A stretch of DNA of 64,000 nt from a virus (taxonomy: Duplodnaviria > Caudoviricetes): IMG/VR virus record IMGVR_UViG_3300009108_000480. One strand, written 5' to 3'. A program made the position numbers and the translations under genes. Every line of letters starts with the position of its first letter. The first letter of the stretch is position 1. The notes beneath the pieces are model-generated. The model did no database searches and was not told the DNA's origin. It saw only the letters and a list, made by a program, of their open reading frames with translations. Positions 8,944-18,560 of the stretch are shown in pieces.

Positions 8944-9198
8944 ATGAAATTTATAATGGTAATAATAATATGTTTTGGCATGGATTGTAATGCAATCTGG
9001 GAACAGACATGGTATCCATCTATGAACGACTGCCTTAATGCATCACAAAATGTTAAAAATTTCATGGTGAAACAATATCCAACTTCTGCTGGCGAAATAT
9101 ATTGCATGAATGAACCCGAATTTAACGAATATTACGATTACCTAGAAAATGGTGGTAAACCTACCTTGGAATCTTTACCAAACCCATCAGCCATCTAA
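8944..9198 (+). CDS. Hypothetical small secreted Cys-containing protein
   Basis: Hydrophobic N-terminus, Cys pattern C..C..C..C, purine-rich SD. Confidence 0.6.
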   Translation: MKFIMVIIICFGMDCNAIWEQTWYPSMNDCLNASQNVKNFMVKQYPTSAGEIYCMNEPEFNEYYDYLENGGKPTLESLPNPSAI

Positions 9199-9227
9199 TT
9201 GACAGATCTTGGTTTTCATAGTAAAAT
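9199..9227 (+). promoter_or_regulatory. Sigma70-type promoter
   Basis: TTGACA-17-TAAAAT; ATG 9233 follows 5 nt later. Confidence 0.7.
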
Positions 9228-9232
9228 AAACT

Positions 9233-9520
9233 ATGAGAAGTAAAATCAGAAGAAGTCTGGTAAAAACCTTGACTTGGAGAATCCTTGCGACTACTGATAC
9301 ATTTTTAATCAGTTGGATAATTACAGGTTACCTAACGTTAGCGGGTGCTATTGCAGGTATTGAGGTAATAACAAAAATGTTTTTATATTATGCTCACGAA
9401 AGAGGATGGAGCAAAATTAAATGGGGTTATGACGGACCTGAAGAACATACCCATATATTTCCATTTGCAGAAGATTGGAAACCTATAAAATACGATTTTA
9501 GAACGAAGGAGAAAGAATAA
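9233..9520 (+). CDS. DUF2061-like membrane protein
   Basis: RSLVKTLTWRILAT...KMFLYYAHERGW signature. Confidence 0.75.
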   Translation: MRSKIRRSLVKTLTWRILATTDTFLISWIITGYLTLAGAIAGIEVITKMFLYYAHERGWSKIKWGYDGPEEHTHIFPFAEDWKPIKYDFRTKEKE

Positions 9521-9524
9521 TTGT

Positions 9525-9743
9525 ATGGTTATAAAAACTGCACCAGCTCCTTCAACTCAAAAGGCTTGGGAATTCAATTTAAAGTTAGAAAAGAAAACTA
9601 TAAAAACGTTTGTTTATAGTGATACTGGAAAAGACATTGAAGCAAGATTTCCTAATCACAAAATTACTAATATAAAACAAATTCCAGATCCATTAAAAGA
9701 TGTTGGTGAACCTGGATGGAAACCAAAGGCAAAATACTCATGA
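9525..9743 (+). CDS. Hypothetical protein
   Basis: ORF in a co-oriented run; ATGA overlap with the next gene. Confidence 0.55.
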   Translation: MVIKTAPAPSTQKAWEFNLKLEKKTIKTFVYSDTGKDIEARFPNHKITNIKQIPDPLKDVGEPGWKPKAKYS

Positions 9744-10273
9744 TCCACGCAATGATAGATTTGGAAACATTAAGCACTAACCCTAATGCTGTGATTTTAA
9801 CAGTAGGTGGTGTAAAATTTGATCCATATACACACACAGAACCATCACAAGGTATGTATTTTAAAGTAGATGTGGATTCACAAACTACTACAGGCAGAGA
9901 AGTAATGCAAGAAACAATTGATTGGTGGGCAACACAATCAAAAGAAATACAAGATGAAGCTATGGGTGAAAAAGATCGAATACCTCTTGAAGAAATGGTT
10001 AAAAGAATTAACAAATGGGCAGTAGGTGTGAATGTATTTTGGTGTCAAGGACCTTTATTTGATTATGCTATATTACAAAATTTATATAAACAATTAGGAC
10101 ATCCTGTTCCATGGCAATACTGGCAAATACGAGATTCTCGAACTTTGTTTAGTTTAGTACCACGTGATCTTAACGAAGTAAGAACAGGTATGCATAATGC
10201 ATTAGAAGACTGTTACTTTCAAGCAAGAAAAGTACAAAAAGTATATAAACAGTTAGGGATTAGAAATGTATAA
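9740..10273 (+). CDS. DEDDh 3'-5' exonuclease (DexA/exoribonuclease-like)
   Basis: MIDLETL (ExoI), QGPLFDYAIL, RDSRT, HNALEDC (ExoIII). Confidence 0.85.
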   Translation: MIHAMIDLETLSTNPNAVILTVGGVKFDPYTHTEPSQGMYFKVDVDSQTTTGREVMQETIDWWATQSKEIQDEAMGEKDRIPLEEMVKRINKWAVGVNVFWCQGPLFDYAILQNLYKQLGHPVPWQYWQIRDSRTLFSLVPRDLNEVRTGMHNALEDCYFQARKVQKVYKQLGIRNV

Positions 10274-10586
10274 ACCACTTCCAGATGGAATCACAATTAA
10301 ATATTCTAAAATACAAGGATTAGGATTATATGCTACAAAAGATTTCCCAAAAGATACAGTATTTGGAATTGTACATATTAAAAATAAAAACTTTCCACAC
10401 GGTCATATAAGAACGGCTTTAGGAGCATTTTATAATCATTCAATTAATCCAAATTGTAAAACATATCAAGGATTTTGGCATCAATTACCAGTAGTATACC
10501 TTATGTCAATTAAAAATATTAAAACAGACGAAGAATTAACAGCCAAATATTCATTATACATGGATTTTGATGACAATGGAAACTAA
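10266..10586 (+). CDS. SET-domain protein
   Basis: SKIQGLGLYATKD, FYNHSINPNC, IKTDEELTAKY. Confidence 0.85.
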   Translation: MYKPLPDGITIKYSKIQGLGLYATKDFPKDTVFGIVHIKNKNFPHGHIRTALGAFYNHSINPNCKTYQGFWHQLPVVYLMSIKNIKTDEELTAKYSLYMDFDDNGN

Positions 10587-10845
10587 AACTTATTATAAAA
10601 AACTAACTGATTGTATCCTTCACTATTTTAGACTAGACTTACAACTACATTTCTTATGGTCTTTCTTTTTAACTATGTTTGCAATATTTTGGCTACCATT
10701 AGTATGGTTAGGACTTATTGCAACAATTATTAAAGAAGGACTAGACTTATGGAGTAAAGGTCACTGGAGTTGGGATGACTTTTGGTATGGTTTTGCTGGA
10801 TGGGTTTGTGGAATAATTTTCCTCTACAATTTTATTTGGTATTAA
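10567..10845 (+). CDS. Hypothetical membrane protein
   Basis: Several hydrophobic segments; KEGLD...WSWDDF motif. Confidence 0.6.
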   Translation: MMTMETKTYYKKLTDCILHYFRLDLQLHFLWSFFLTMFAIFWLPLVWLGLIATIIKEGLDLWSKGHWSWDDFWYGFAGWVCGIIFLYNFIWY

Positions 10846-10846
10846 A

Positions 10847-11221
10847 ATGGATATTAAATGGTATTCTATAGAAGATTTATATACTATAAACAAATATAAG
10901 ATACGACATAATAAAAATCCAGTTACCAAATGGATAAAATTACCTTGTGTATATAAAATAAAAATTAACAAAACAATAGTACACATAGGAAGATCTGATA
11001 CTTGCAAAAAACACGGTGGTGCTGAAAAAGTTAGAAAAGCAATAGTTAATTTATTAAATATTACTGATTATAATACATCTGTGCCTAAAACAAAATATTG
11101 GACCGAAATTAGGTTGCAACATCGTCCAAACTCAAGTAATATTAAAATAGGAATAATAAAAACCAATGCCATCAAAAAAACCTACATTCAAGAAACCCAG
11201 AGAAGTAATCAAATATTATGA
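10847..11221 (+). CDS. Hypothetical protein, weakly GIY-YIG-like
   Basis: CVYKI..IVHIGRS resembles GIY-x-YIG; weak. Confidence 0.4.
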   Translation: MDIKWYSIEDLYTINKYKIRHNKNPVTKWIKLPCVYKIKINKTIVHIGRSDTCKKHGGAEKVRKAIVNLLNITDYNTSVPKTKYWTEIRLQHRPNSSNIKIGIIKTNAIKKTYIQETQRSNQIL

Positions 11222-11573
11222 AGAATGTACTTGGTTGGGTAATGCCAAACCAATGTTCCAAAATAAAAAAGTTTCAGTATTCTACGATAAATTTCCGGTC
11301 ACAAAAGGACATTTATTATTTGTACCAAAAAAAAATAATATAGAACATATTACTGAAGCATACAAACTCGCTTTTTATTGTGGAGAAGAATGGATCAAAG
11401 AAGGCAGAATGGATGGATTTAATATAGGACAAAATATTGGATTAGCCGCTGGACAATCTATTATGTGGCCACACGTACATTTAATTCCTCGGCATAACGG
11501 TGATTGTAAACCTAAAAAATCTAATGGAATAAGACTATGTCATCCTAATGGCGATCACAAACGATATTACTAA
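11166..11573 (+). CDS. HIT-family nucleotide hydrolase
   Basis: DKFPVTKGHLLFVPK, GFNIGQNIG..AGQS, WPHVHLIPR. Confidence 0.85.
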   Translation: MPSKKPTFKKPREVIKYYEECTWLGNAKPMFQNKKVSVFYDKFPVTKGHLLFVPKKNNIEHITEAYKLAFYCGEEWIKEGRMDGFNIGQNIGLAAGQSIMWPHVHLIPRHNGDCKPKKSNGIRLCHPNGDHKRYY

Positions 11574-11860
11574 TGAAAAAAAGAAAAAAGAAATTAACTT
11601 GGCCAATGAGTGTTGACGATGTTCCAAAAGGTGTAATTTTTGTTTCTCCTGATGGTGGTGAAACAGTTTTTATACAAAAGAAAAATGGAAAAAGAGGCAA
11701 AATGGTTTCACAATCCCAATTAGCTAAAGATATTGAGGTAGCATATAACGAAAATGATATGGTAGGTGCTGATGCTATTAAATTACGTAGAAAATATCCT
11801 ACTTTACAAAAAGCCTGGAATCGATACAAAACAGTTTGGCATCTGGTTAACGAAGATTAG
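11573..11860 (+). CDS. Hypothetical protein
   Basis: Coupled ORF; FVSPDGGETVF motif. Confidence 0.55.
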   Translation: MKKRKKKLTWPMSVDDVPKGVIFVSPDGGETVFIQKKNGKRGKMVSQSQLAKDIEVAYNENDMVGADAIKLRRKYPTLQKAWNRYKTVWHLVNED

Positions 11861-11875
11861 CATAATTATTGATAT

Positions 11876-13330
11876 ATGTGTGGAATAGTTGGAATATACA
11901 ATGTTCCTGAAGCTTCTAAAATTGCGGCATTAGGCATTCATGCCTTGCAACATCGAGGCCAAGAAGGTGCGGGTATTATTTCATACGATAAAAAATTTCA
12001 TACCCACGGTGACTATGGACGTGTTGATCATATTTTTAGTAAAAATAAAGTTATAGAAAATCTTCCAGGTAGTACAGCAATTGGACACGTTAGATACAGT
12101 ACTACTGGAGGCACTGGAAAAAGTAATGTTCAACCATTATTTTACAATTTAGACTTCGGTGGTTTTGCTATTGCCCATAATGGTGACTTTACTGATTCTG
12201 CATATTGGAGACAAAAGCTATCTGAAGAAGGTGCAATATTTCAAACATCAACTGATACAGAAATTATTCCACATTTAATTGCTCGAACAAAAGGTATTGA
12301 TCCTGTGGATCGTTTACTCACAGTATTGAATAAAGTAAATGGTGCATTTAGCATAATAGCATTAATGGATAATAAATTAGTTGTCGCTCGAGATCCTTAT
12401 GGCTTTCGTCCTTTAGTTATAGGTCAATACAAAGAAGGATATGCAATAGCATCAGAAACCTGTGCTCTTGATTTAATTGGTGCAACAAATATTAGAGATG
12501 TTGAACCTGGAGAAGTAATTATATTTGATAACGAAACAACACTAAAAAATTGGGCCATGGATGTTAATTTCAAATGGTCTCGGTTAGACCAGAAGGAAGA
12601 TTCTATCAGTTCACAGAGAAAAAAAGTAAAAAAAGATAGAGAAACATATTATTTAGATAAAAAAGTTACAAAACATTTTTGTATATTTGAACACATTTAT
12701 TTTTCGAGACCTGATTCTGTTATTGATAACCAATTAGTATATGATGTTCGTAAAAGAATAGGTGAAGAATTAGCAAAAGAAACTTATGTTGATTCTGATA
12801 TGGTTGTTCCAGTACCTGATTCTGGTATGGTATCTGCACTTGGATATGCTAACCAATCAAAAATTCCTTTTGAACTAGGACTTACACGAAGTCATTACAG
12901 AGGAAGAACATTTATTGAACCTACACAAAAAATACGAGACTTGGGTGTAAAATTAAAACATAGTGCTATGCGATTATTTAAAGATAAAACAGTTACCGTT
13001 ATTGATGATTCTATTGTTAGAGGCACAACAGCAAAGAAAATTATAAATTTAATAAGAAATGCAGGCGCTAAAGAAATTCATATGCGTATTTCATCTCCGC
13101 CAGTTACTGGTCCGTGTTGGTATGGTATAGATACACCAAACAGAAAAGAGCTTATAGCCGGAGAAAGTAACGTAAAAGAAATTAAAGAATTTATTGATGC
13201 TGATTCATTAGAATATATATCTATAGAAGGATTACATAAAGCAATGAAAAGTAAAGGCTATTGCGACGCTTGTTTTACTGGAAAATATCCTGTTAAAAAA
13301 AGAAGTTATGCCGAAAATATTGGTGGATAG
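11876..13330 (+). CDS. purF: Amidophosphoribosyltransferase
   Basis: N-terminal MCG nucleophile, LQHRGQE, GHVRYST, IAHNG, VPVPDSG, PRPP motif VIDDSIVRGTT, CDACFTGKYP. Confidence 0.96.
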   Translation: MCGIVGIYNVPEASKIAALGIHALQHRGQEGAGIISYDKKFHTHGDYGRVDHIFSKNKVIENLPGSTAIGHVRYSTTGGTGKSNVQPLFYNLDFGGFAIAHNGDFTDSAYWRQKLSEEGAIFQTSTDTEIIPHLIARTKGIDPVDRLLTVLNKVNGAFSIIALMDNKLVVARDPYGFRPLVIGQYKEGYAIASETCALDLIGATNIRDVEPGEVIIFDNETTLKNWAMDVNFKWSRLDQKEDSISSQRKKVKKDRETYYLDKKVTKHFCIFEHIYFSRPDSVIDNQLVYDVRKRIGEELAKETYVDSDMVVPVPDSGMVSALGYANQSKIPFELGLTRSHYRGRTFIEPTQKIRDLGVKLKHSAMRLFKDKTVTVIDDSIVRGTTAKKIINLIRNAGAKEIHMRISSPPVTGPCWYGIDTPNRKELIAGESNVKEIKEFIDADSLEYISIEGLHKAMKSKGYCDACFTGKYPVKKRSYAENIGG

Positions 13331-13393
13331 TTTGATACTTGACCTGCCTTTACCATGCGTATACGTCGCTCTAATACAGCTTAAAAGGGTGTT

Positions 13394-13399
13394 TAAATA
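13394..13399 (+). promoter_or_regulatory. Late-type motif TAAATA
   Basis: 5 nt before ATG 13405. Confidence 0.45.
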
Positions 13400-13404
13400 G
13401 CAAT

Positions 13405-14037
13405 ATGACTAAATTCGTAAGTGTTGTAGGAAATGGTGAGAGTAGACGGGGGTTTGATATAACTCCACTAAAACTATTTTCAACGGTGGTAGGATGTAAT
13501 GCTATATTCAGAGATTACGTCTGTGAATACCTAGTATGTGCTGATAAACATATGTGTCAAGAAGCAGTAAACACTGTAGGCAAAGGCACCACAATTTACA
13601 CCAGAGATAAATGGGTTAATCAATTTGCCATGTGGCCAAATGTAATAAAAATACCACATTTACCTTATCACGGCGATCAACGAAAAGATGACCCGTTCCA
13701 TTGGGGGACTGGACCATACGCAGGTGTAGTAGCATTAACTTTTAAACCAAAAGCAATTTTTATGTTAGGATTTGATCTTTATCCAATAGGAAAAACAGTC
13801 AATAATATATACAAAAATACTAAAGGATATGAATACATTAAACGACCAGTTGATCCATCTTATTGGGTACATCAATTCCACAAATTAATGGAATTATTTC
13901 CAAATGTTCGTTGGATCGTGGTAAATCAAGAAAAATGGAAAATGCCAGAGGAATGGTCTCAACATAAAAACGTTTTCCAAGAATCTTATGACGGCATGGC
14001 TAAATTTATTAATAAACAGTTGACAAAATCTAAATAA
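13405..14037 (+). CDS. MptE/DUF115-like (sialyltransferase-like Rossmann) protein, paralog 1
   Basis: VVGNGESR..GCNAIFRD..LVCAD..LGFD motif set. Confidence 0.55.
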   Translation: MTKFVSVVGNGESRRGFDITPLKLFSTVVGCNAIFRDYVCEYLVCADKHMCQEAVNTVGKGTTIYTRDKWVNQFAMWPNVIKIPHLPYHGDQRKDDPFHWGTGPYAGVVALTFKPKAIFMLGFDLYPIGKTVNNIYKNTKGYEYIKRPVDPSYWVHQFHKLMELFPNVRWIVVNQEKWKMPEEWSQHKNVFQESYDGMAKFINKQLTKSK

Positions 14038-14047
14038 CGTTTAAAAT
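14020..14047 (+). promoter_or_regulatory. Sigma70-type promoter
   Basis: TTGACA-16-TAAAAT; ATG 14054 follows 6 nt later. Confidence 0.55.
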
Positions 14048-14053
14048 AGTATT

Positions 14054-14359
14054 ATGTTTGACAAATTTAAAGAAGGAAATGTTATTACTCTTAAACTTGC
14101 ATCAGGTGAAGAAGTAATTGCAAATTTTAAATCACTTAATTCTGATTATATCAGTATAGAGAAAGCATTAGTATTAATGCAAGGTCCTAAAGGTTTAGCA
14201 TTTGGAACATTCTTTTCTACTGCTGAACAAAACGAACCTATTAACATTTGTAGAAATAAAATTACATCTATTGCAAATATTAATGATAAAATTAAACAAG
14301 AATACGAAAGAATATTTTCTACAATAAAAACACCTGAGAAACCAAAAATTATAGTATAA
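14054..14359 (+). CDS. Sm-like fold phage protein
   Basis: ITLKLASGEEVIA...IEKALVL pattern typical of phage Sm-like proteins. Confidence 0.45.
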   Translation: MFDKFKEGNVITLKLASGEEVIANFKSLNSDYISIEKALVLMQGPKGLAFGTFFSTAEQNEPINICRNKITSIANINDKIKQEYERIFSTIKTPEKPKIIV

Positions 14360-14616
14360 TGACACATTTTGAAAAACATAGTACAAGTATTAAAGCATTA
14401 GTTGATGTTACAGAAGCTATGTTAGATCAAATGGAAAAATATAACATTGATCCTGAGACAGTAACAAAGAGACCAGAATTTACGGTGTTTATCCACTTTT
14501 TAAAATCTATCCTTGATGGAGAATTAAATATCCCAAACGAGTTAACTGATTCAATTCGTAATAAATCAAATGAACTAGGAATTGACGTTAACGATATTAA
14601 AAAGAGGTTACACTAA
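14359..14616 (+). CDS. Hypothetical protein
   Basis: TAATG-coupled at both ends. Confidence 0.6.
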   Translation: MTHFEKHSTSIKALVDVTEAMLDQMEKYNIDPETVTKRPEFTVFIHFLKSILDGELNIPNELTDSIRNKSNELGIDVNDIKKRLH

Positions 14617-15122
14617 TGGCTGATATAGAAATTAAAGACAACGTAACAGAAGAATGTTTTACTTCCACAAAAAGTTTTTGGAATTTTCCGTGTGCTCATA
14701 GACAATATAGACATGATGGCAACTGCCATTTAATTCACGGATACAGCAGAAGTTTTCATTTTGTATTTGGCATTAAAACATTTACAAAAGAAGGCTTTGC
14801 AGTAGACTATGGTGACTTAAAAGAATTAAAAGCACATTTAGATCATATGTATGACCATACTTTAGTACTTGATGAAGAAGATCCACATATGGATAAATTT
14901 AAAGAATTAGAACAAGCAGGTGTATGCCGAATTAGAACTCATCCAATGGGACCTGGCATGGAAGGTACTGCACATTATCTTTGTGAATGGACAGATAAAT
15001 GGTTACGTGAAAAATCTCGTGGTCGTGCTTGGGTTATTAGTGTTGAAGCTAGAGAGAATGACAAAAATAGCTCAATCTACACAAACCCAAATGCAGGATT
15101 CAAGGGATGGACAAGCAAATAA
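14616..15122 (+). CDS. queD: 6-carboxytetrahydropterin synthase (QueD/PTPS)
   Basis: CAHRQ, CHLIHGY, VDYGDLK, DHT, E...VEARE motifs. Confidence 0.85.
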   Translation: MADIEIKDNVTEECFTSTKSFWNFPCAHRQYRHDGNCHLIHGYSRSFHFVFGIKTFTKEGFAVDYGDLKELKAHLDHMYDHTLVLDEEDPHMDKFKELEQAGVCRIRTHPMGPGMEGTAHYLCEWTDKWLREKSRGRAWVISVEARENDKNSSIYTNPNAGFKGWTSK

Positions 15123-16240
15123 CTCTATTTGAAAATTTAGTAATTCAATACAACAACAAACAAGTAAGAGTACACATTTACGATACTCCTTTAGGAAAAA
15201 GATTTCTTGAAGCACTAAAAGATAATTTAACAGAAAAAAGAATATTAGAAAAAAACTTCTGTTTTTTAGGTTGGGCAGATTCTAAAAGAGATTTAACTTA
15301 TCTTTGCGAAGAATTAAACAAAAATATAGCACAAATAGATTCATTTAAATTTAATCCAGAATATCCTAAATTAAAATCATTTACTCCAGCAGATTTTCAA
15401 CACTCATCTACACTCCCAACAGGACTTTGTCCAAGTGGAAATGAATGGGAGAAACCAGGATTAAGATTAAAACATGATGCTTGTAATTTATTACATAGGT
15501 ATTTTGAAGAACTACAAGGAACTGCATGGAAAATTTCCGATTACTACAAACAAGCAGACACAGAAACAAAATATGCAATAAGACAACTTAATAATCTTTG
15601 TCATGAAATAGAAAATTGGGTATTAAGTTATAGAAAAAGTGTAGTAGACCCTGCATGGATGAGGCCTTCTCAAATTACTACATTTTTAAATGCACCTAGA
15701 CACGATTTACACGAAGAAGATTATGAATTATTCAAACAAAACAGATATAACAGAGAATTAGGTGGTGTATATCTACATTGGTCACAAGTTGGCAAAACTT
15801 TATATGAAGTTTTTAGAGATGAATACGCACCTGTAATGACTGAATCTATGTGTTCCGAAATAAACCATCAAAAATACTATTCTGGTGAGTTTGATATTGA
15901 ATGGGGCGATACTATCACAGAAGAAACACACGCATTTAAGAAAAAAGAAATAGATGAGTTTAAAAAATGGTTAAAGGAAAACAATTACGATTGGGAAGAC
16001 CCAAAATTATCTCTTGGATATATTAAAATCGGCCAAGTAGACATGAAATTAGCATTTCAAAATAAACCATTTCTAGAAGTGTATAATACAATGAAAAACA
16101 ATTTAAATATAAAAAGTATTCACACTATTGGGTTACGAAGTTGGGAAAACGAATATCCATACAGTCTTGAAAGTGATAATTGGAAAAAAATACAAATAGA
16201 AGGATTAAAACAAGGATATGAATCATATAGTATGCGTTAA
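15107..16240 (+). CDS. Hypothetical protein (377 aa)
   Basis: Long ORF with native codon usage; no recognised motif. Confidence 0.7.
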   Translation: MDKQITLFENLVIQYNNKQVRVHIYDTPLGKRFLEALKDNLTEKRILEKNFCFLGWADSKRDLTYLCEELNKNIAQIDSFKFNPEYPKLKSFTPADFQHSSTLPTGLCPSGNEWEKPGLRLKHDACNLLHRYFEELQGTAWKISDYYKQADTETKYAIRQLNNLCHEIENWVLSYRKSVVDPAWMRPSQITTFLNAPRHDLHEEDYELFKQNRYNRELGGVYLHWSQVGKTLYEVFRDEYAPVMTESMCSEINHQKYYSGEFDIEWGDTITEETHAFKKKEIDEFKKWLKENNYDWEDPKLSLGYIKIGQVDMKLAFQNKPFLEVYNTMKNNLNIKSIHTIGLRSWENEYPYSLESDNWKKIQIEGLKQGYESYSMR

Positions 16241-16913
16241 ATGGGGTAACAAGTATATTTCTCAATATGCCAATGTACTTTATAATATGGTTAAAAGAAA
16301 TACTACTGTACCTTATGAATTTCATTGTATTACCGACGACCCAACAGGTTTAGATTCACACATAAAAACTATTAAATTACCAAATGATCCATGGATTAAA
16401 ACTTGGTGGAGTAAATTATGGATGTTTGGCTCTCATCTTCCTTTACAAGGCAATATATTATATTTTGATCTTGATATTATTGTATTTCGTAATATTGATA
16501 ATTTGTTTACACACAATCCAGGCAAATTTATGATTATTCGAGATTTTAACCGATGTAGAATAAAAGATTGGAAATTATGCAACTCAAGTGTAATGCGTTG
16601 GCAAACTGGTACGATGAATTTCCTTTGGGACGATTTTAATAATAATCATACTCAAATTATGCAAAACAACCATGGTGATCAAGATTATATTACAGTAAGA
16701 GCTAAAGATCAAATTAATCATTGGCCCGATGATTGGATTCGCTCATACAAATGGGAAATGATTGGTTTAAAAACTACTAAAATTAGAAAAGGAAAAAAAT
16801 TTATATTTGAACGTCCTGCAAGAATTACAGAACAGAACAACGTAGCAGTATTTCATGGAGAACCTAAACCTTTTAACTGTGGAGATCAATTTGTTATTGA
16901 TAATTGGAAATGA
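16218..16913 (+). CDS. Glycosyltransferase (GT-A, GT8-like)
   Basis: VCVKWG, WWSKL, YFDLD (DxD), NSSVM, GDQDYI, FHGEPKP. Confidence 0.75.
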   Translation: MNHIVCVKWGNKYISQYANVLYNMVKRNTTVPYEFHCITDDPTGLDSHIKTIKLPNDPWIKTWWSKLWMFGSHLPLQGNILYFDLDIIVFRNIDNLFTHNPGKFMIIRDFNRCRIKDWKLCNSSVMRWQTGTMNFLWDDFNNNHTQIMQNNHGDQDYITVRAKDQINHWPDDWIRSYKWEMIGLKTTKIRKGKKFIFERPARITEQNNVAVFHGEPKPFNCGDQFVIDNWK

Positions 16914-17899
16914 AAAATAACCTAAATCAAGCTTCTTGGTTAATTGCTGTATCAGAACACCAAGGTTCTATTAATTATGATTCAAGATTGCATCTAGACA
17001 AACCTACTACCTACGACGATATTAAAAATAGAGCAAAACTTATGTATACTGGAATATATGCACCTAGAGATCCTTCTATTGAGAAATTAATATCTTCTTT
17101 ATCTGTAAAAGAATTAAGAAAAGAAATTAATATCAATAAATTTAGTAACACAATTAAAAATTGGTTTAAAAAATCTAATTTAATATCAATATTAGGTGTT
17201 GATAAATTACAAAATCTTACTCTTGGGAATGGTGCTTCTGATTTTATTTTTTCTCTTATAAATCGATCCAAAAATAAATTTGGCATTTTAAAAAACACCT
17301 ATTATAATACGTTTGATATGCTTGATCAATATCAATTAACTGTTACTCATCCTCTTGATTGTAAAAAAGGACAAACTGTATTAATTGAATACCCCTCACC
17401 GCATTATTCTATTACTGAATTAAAAAATATTATTAAAAAATGTGTTAATAAAGAATGTTATCTTACTATTGACTTAACATTATTACCTATTACTAATCAA
17501 AAGATAGAAATTGACTTAACTCCCTTTAACGAAATATATTTTAGTATGCATAAAGCATTACCAATTGATGATTTTAGATCAGCAATACGATTTTCAAAAA
17601 CAAAAATAAACGATCATTACAGCATAATGCAACAACAAAGATATTATAACCGTGTTGGTGCAAATCTTTTTTTAAAATTCATTAATAACTTTGAATTAGA
17701 TTATGTTTATAACAAACACAATGATAATATAAATTCAATCAATAAAACATTTAAATTAACTAAAACTAACTTATTGTGGTTATCAAAGTCATCAAACTAC
17801 AAAAATCCAATTGACCTTATGCCTTCAAAACATTATAATTTTAATGAGTTGATTAGTATATCGAAATTAATTGAAAATAAAGATAAGTTTTTTTGGTAA
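16904..17899 (+). CDS. Divergent PLP-dependent transferase-like protein
   Basis: LGNGASDFI, EYPSP, IDLT, FSMHK..RSAIRF resemble fold-type I PLP enzymes. Confidence 0.4.
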   Translation: MEMKNNLNQASWLIAVSEHQGSINYDSRLHLDKPTTYDDIKNRAKLMYTGIYAPRDPSIEKLISSLSVKELRKEININKFSNTIKNWFKKSNLISILGVDKLQNLTLGNGASDFIFSLINRSKNKFGILKNTYYNTFDMLDQYQLTVTHPLDCKKGQTVLIEYPSPHYSITELKNIIKKCVNKECYLTIDLTLLPITNQKIEIDLTPFNEIYFSMHKALPIDDFRSAIRFSKTKINDHYSIMQQQRYYNRVGANLFLKFINNFELDYVYNKHNDNINSINKTFKLTKTNLLWLSKSSNYKNPIDLMPSKHYNFNELISISKLIENKDKFFW

Positions 17900-18219
17900 T
17901 GAGAAATAAAAAATTTGGAAAAGTTAAAATTAAAAGTATGAAACCATTAGATGAGATTCCCGAAGATTGTGGTTATGATAAAAGATTCAAATTTGATGTA
18001 GACATGAATTCTAACGGGATTGCTGGAGATTGTATTGAATGGTGCCAAAAACATTGTAAAAGTAAATGGGGTTGGTGGTTCAAAGGACCTCCTGGAGCAA
18101 ACCCATGGGATCATAATTGGGAAGAACAAGACAGCTATATGAGTTTTGAAGATAGACGAGAAGCTATGGCATTCTTTTTAGCAATCGGAGTTGCTAATAT
18201 GGGAGACCATAGCAGATAA
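17893..18219 (+). CDS. Hypothetical protein
   Basis: Trp-rich phage-type ORF (IEWCQKHCKSKWGWWF). Confidence 0.6.
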   Translation: MVMRNKKFGKVKIKSMKPLDEIPEDCGYDKRFKFDVDMNSNGIAGDCIEWCQKHCKSKWGWWFKGPPGANPWDHNWEEQDSYMSFEDRREAMAFFLAIGVANMGDHSR

Positions 18220-18222
18220 GTA
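18216..18222 (+). promoter_or_regulatory. Late-type variant ATAAGTA
   Basis: 5 nt before ATG 18228. Confidence 0.35.
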
Positions 18223-18227
18223 TTGAT

Positions 18228-18560
18228 ATGAAATGGTTTGATATAACAGATAGAGCAAAAAGTCAAATAGAAGGGTTATTATCTAAAAATCCTGACAAAT
18301 ACGCAGTCAGCCTATCTATATTAGGTGGTGGTTGTGCTGGCTTCAAATATGATTGGGGATTTACTGATAAAGACTCAATTAAAGAAAACGATGTTGTAGA
18401 AGATTGGGGTACAGGACGATTTGTTGTTGATGACGCAAGTATGCTTTATATTGCAGGTACTAAAATAGACTGGAAAGAAGAAGTATTTGGTTCTCAATTT
18501 GAAATTATCAATCCCAACTCCAAATCAAGTTGTGGTTGCGGAGACAGTTTTGGTGTCTAA
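18228..18560 (+). CDS. iscA: A-type Fe-S carrier (IscA/ErpA/HesB)
   Basis: GGGCAGFKY and SCGCGDSF motifs. Confidence 0.92.
   Translation: MKWFDITDRAKSQIEGLLSKNPDKYAVSLSILGGGCAGFKYDWGFTDKDSIKENDVVEDWGTGRFVVDDASMLYIAGTKIDWKEEVFGSQFEIINPNSKSSCGCGDSFGV

Noticed and set aside
10847-11221. Mobile homing endonuclease
   Set aside because: Only a weak GIY-YIG-like patch; short, with no DNA-binding tail and no intron context.
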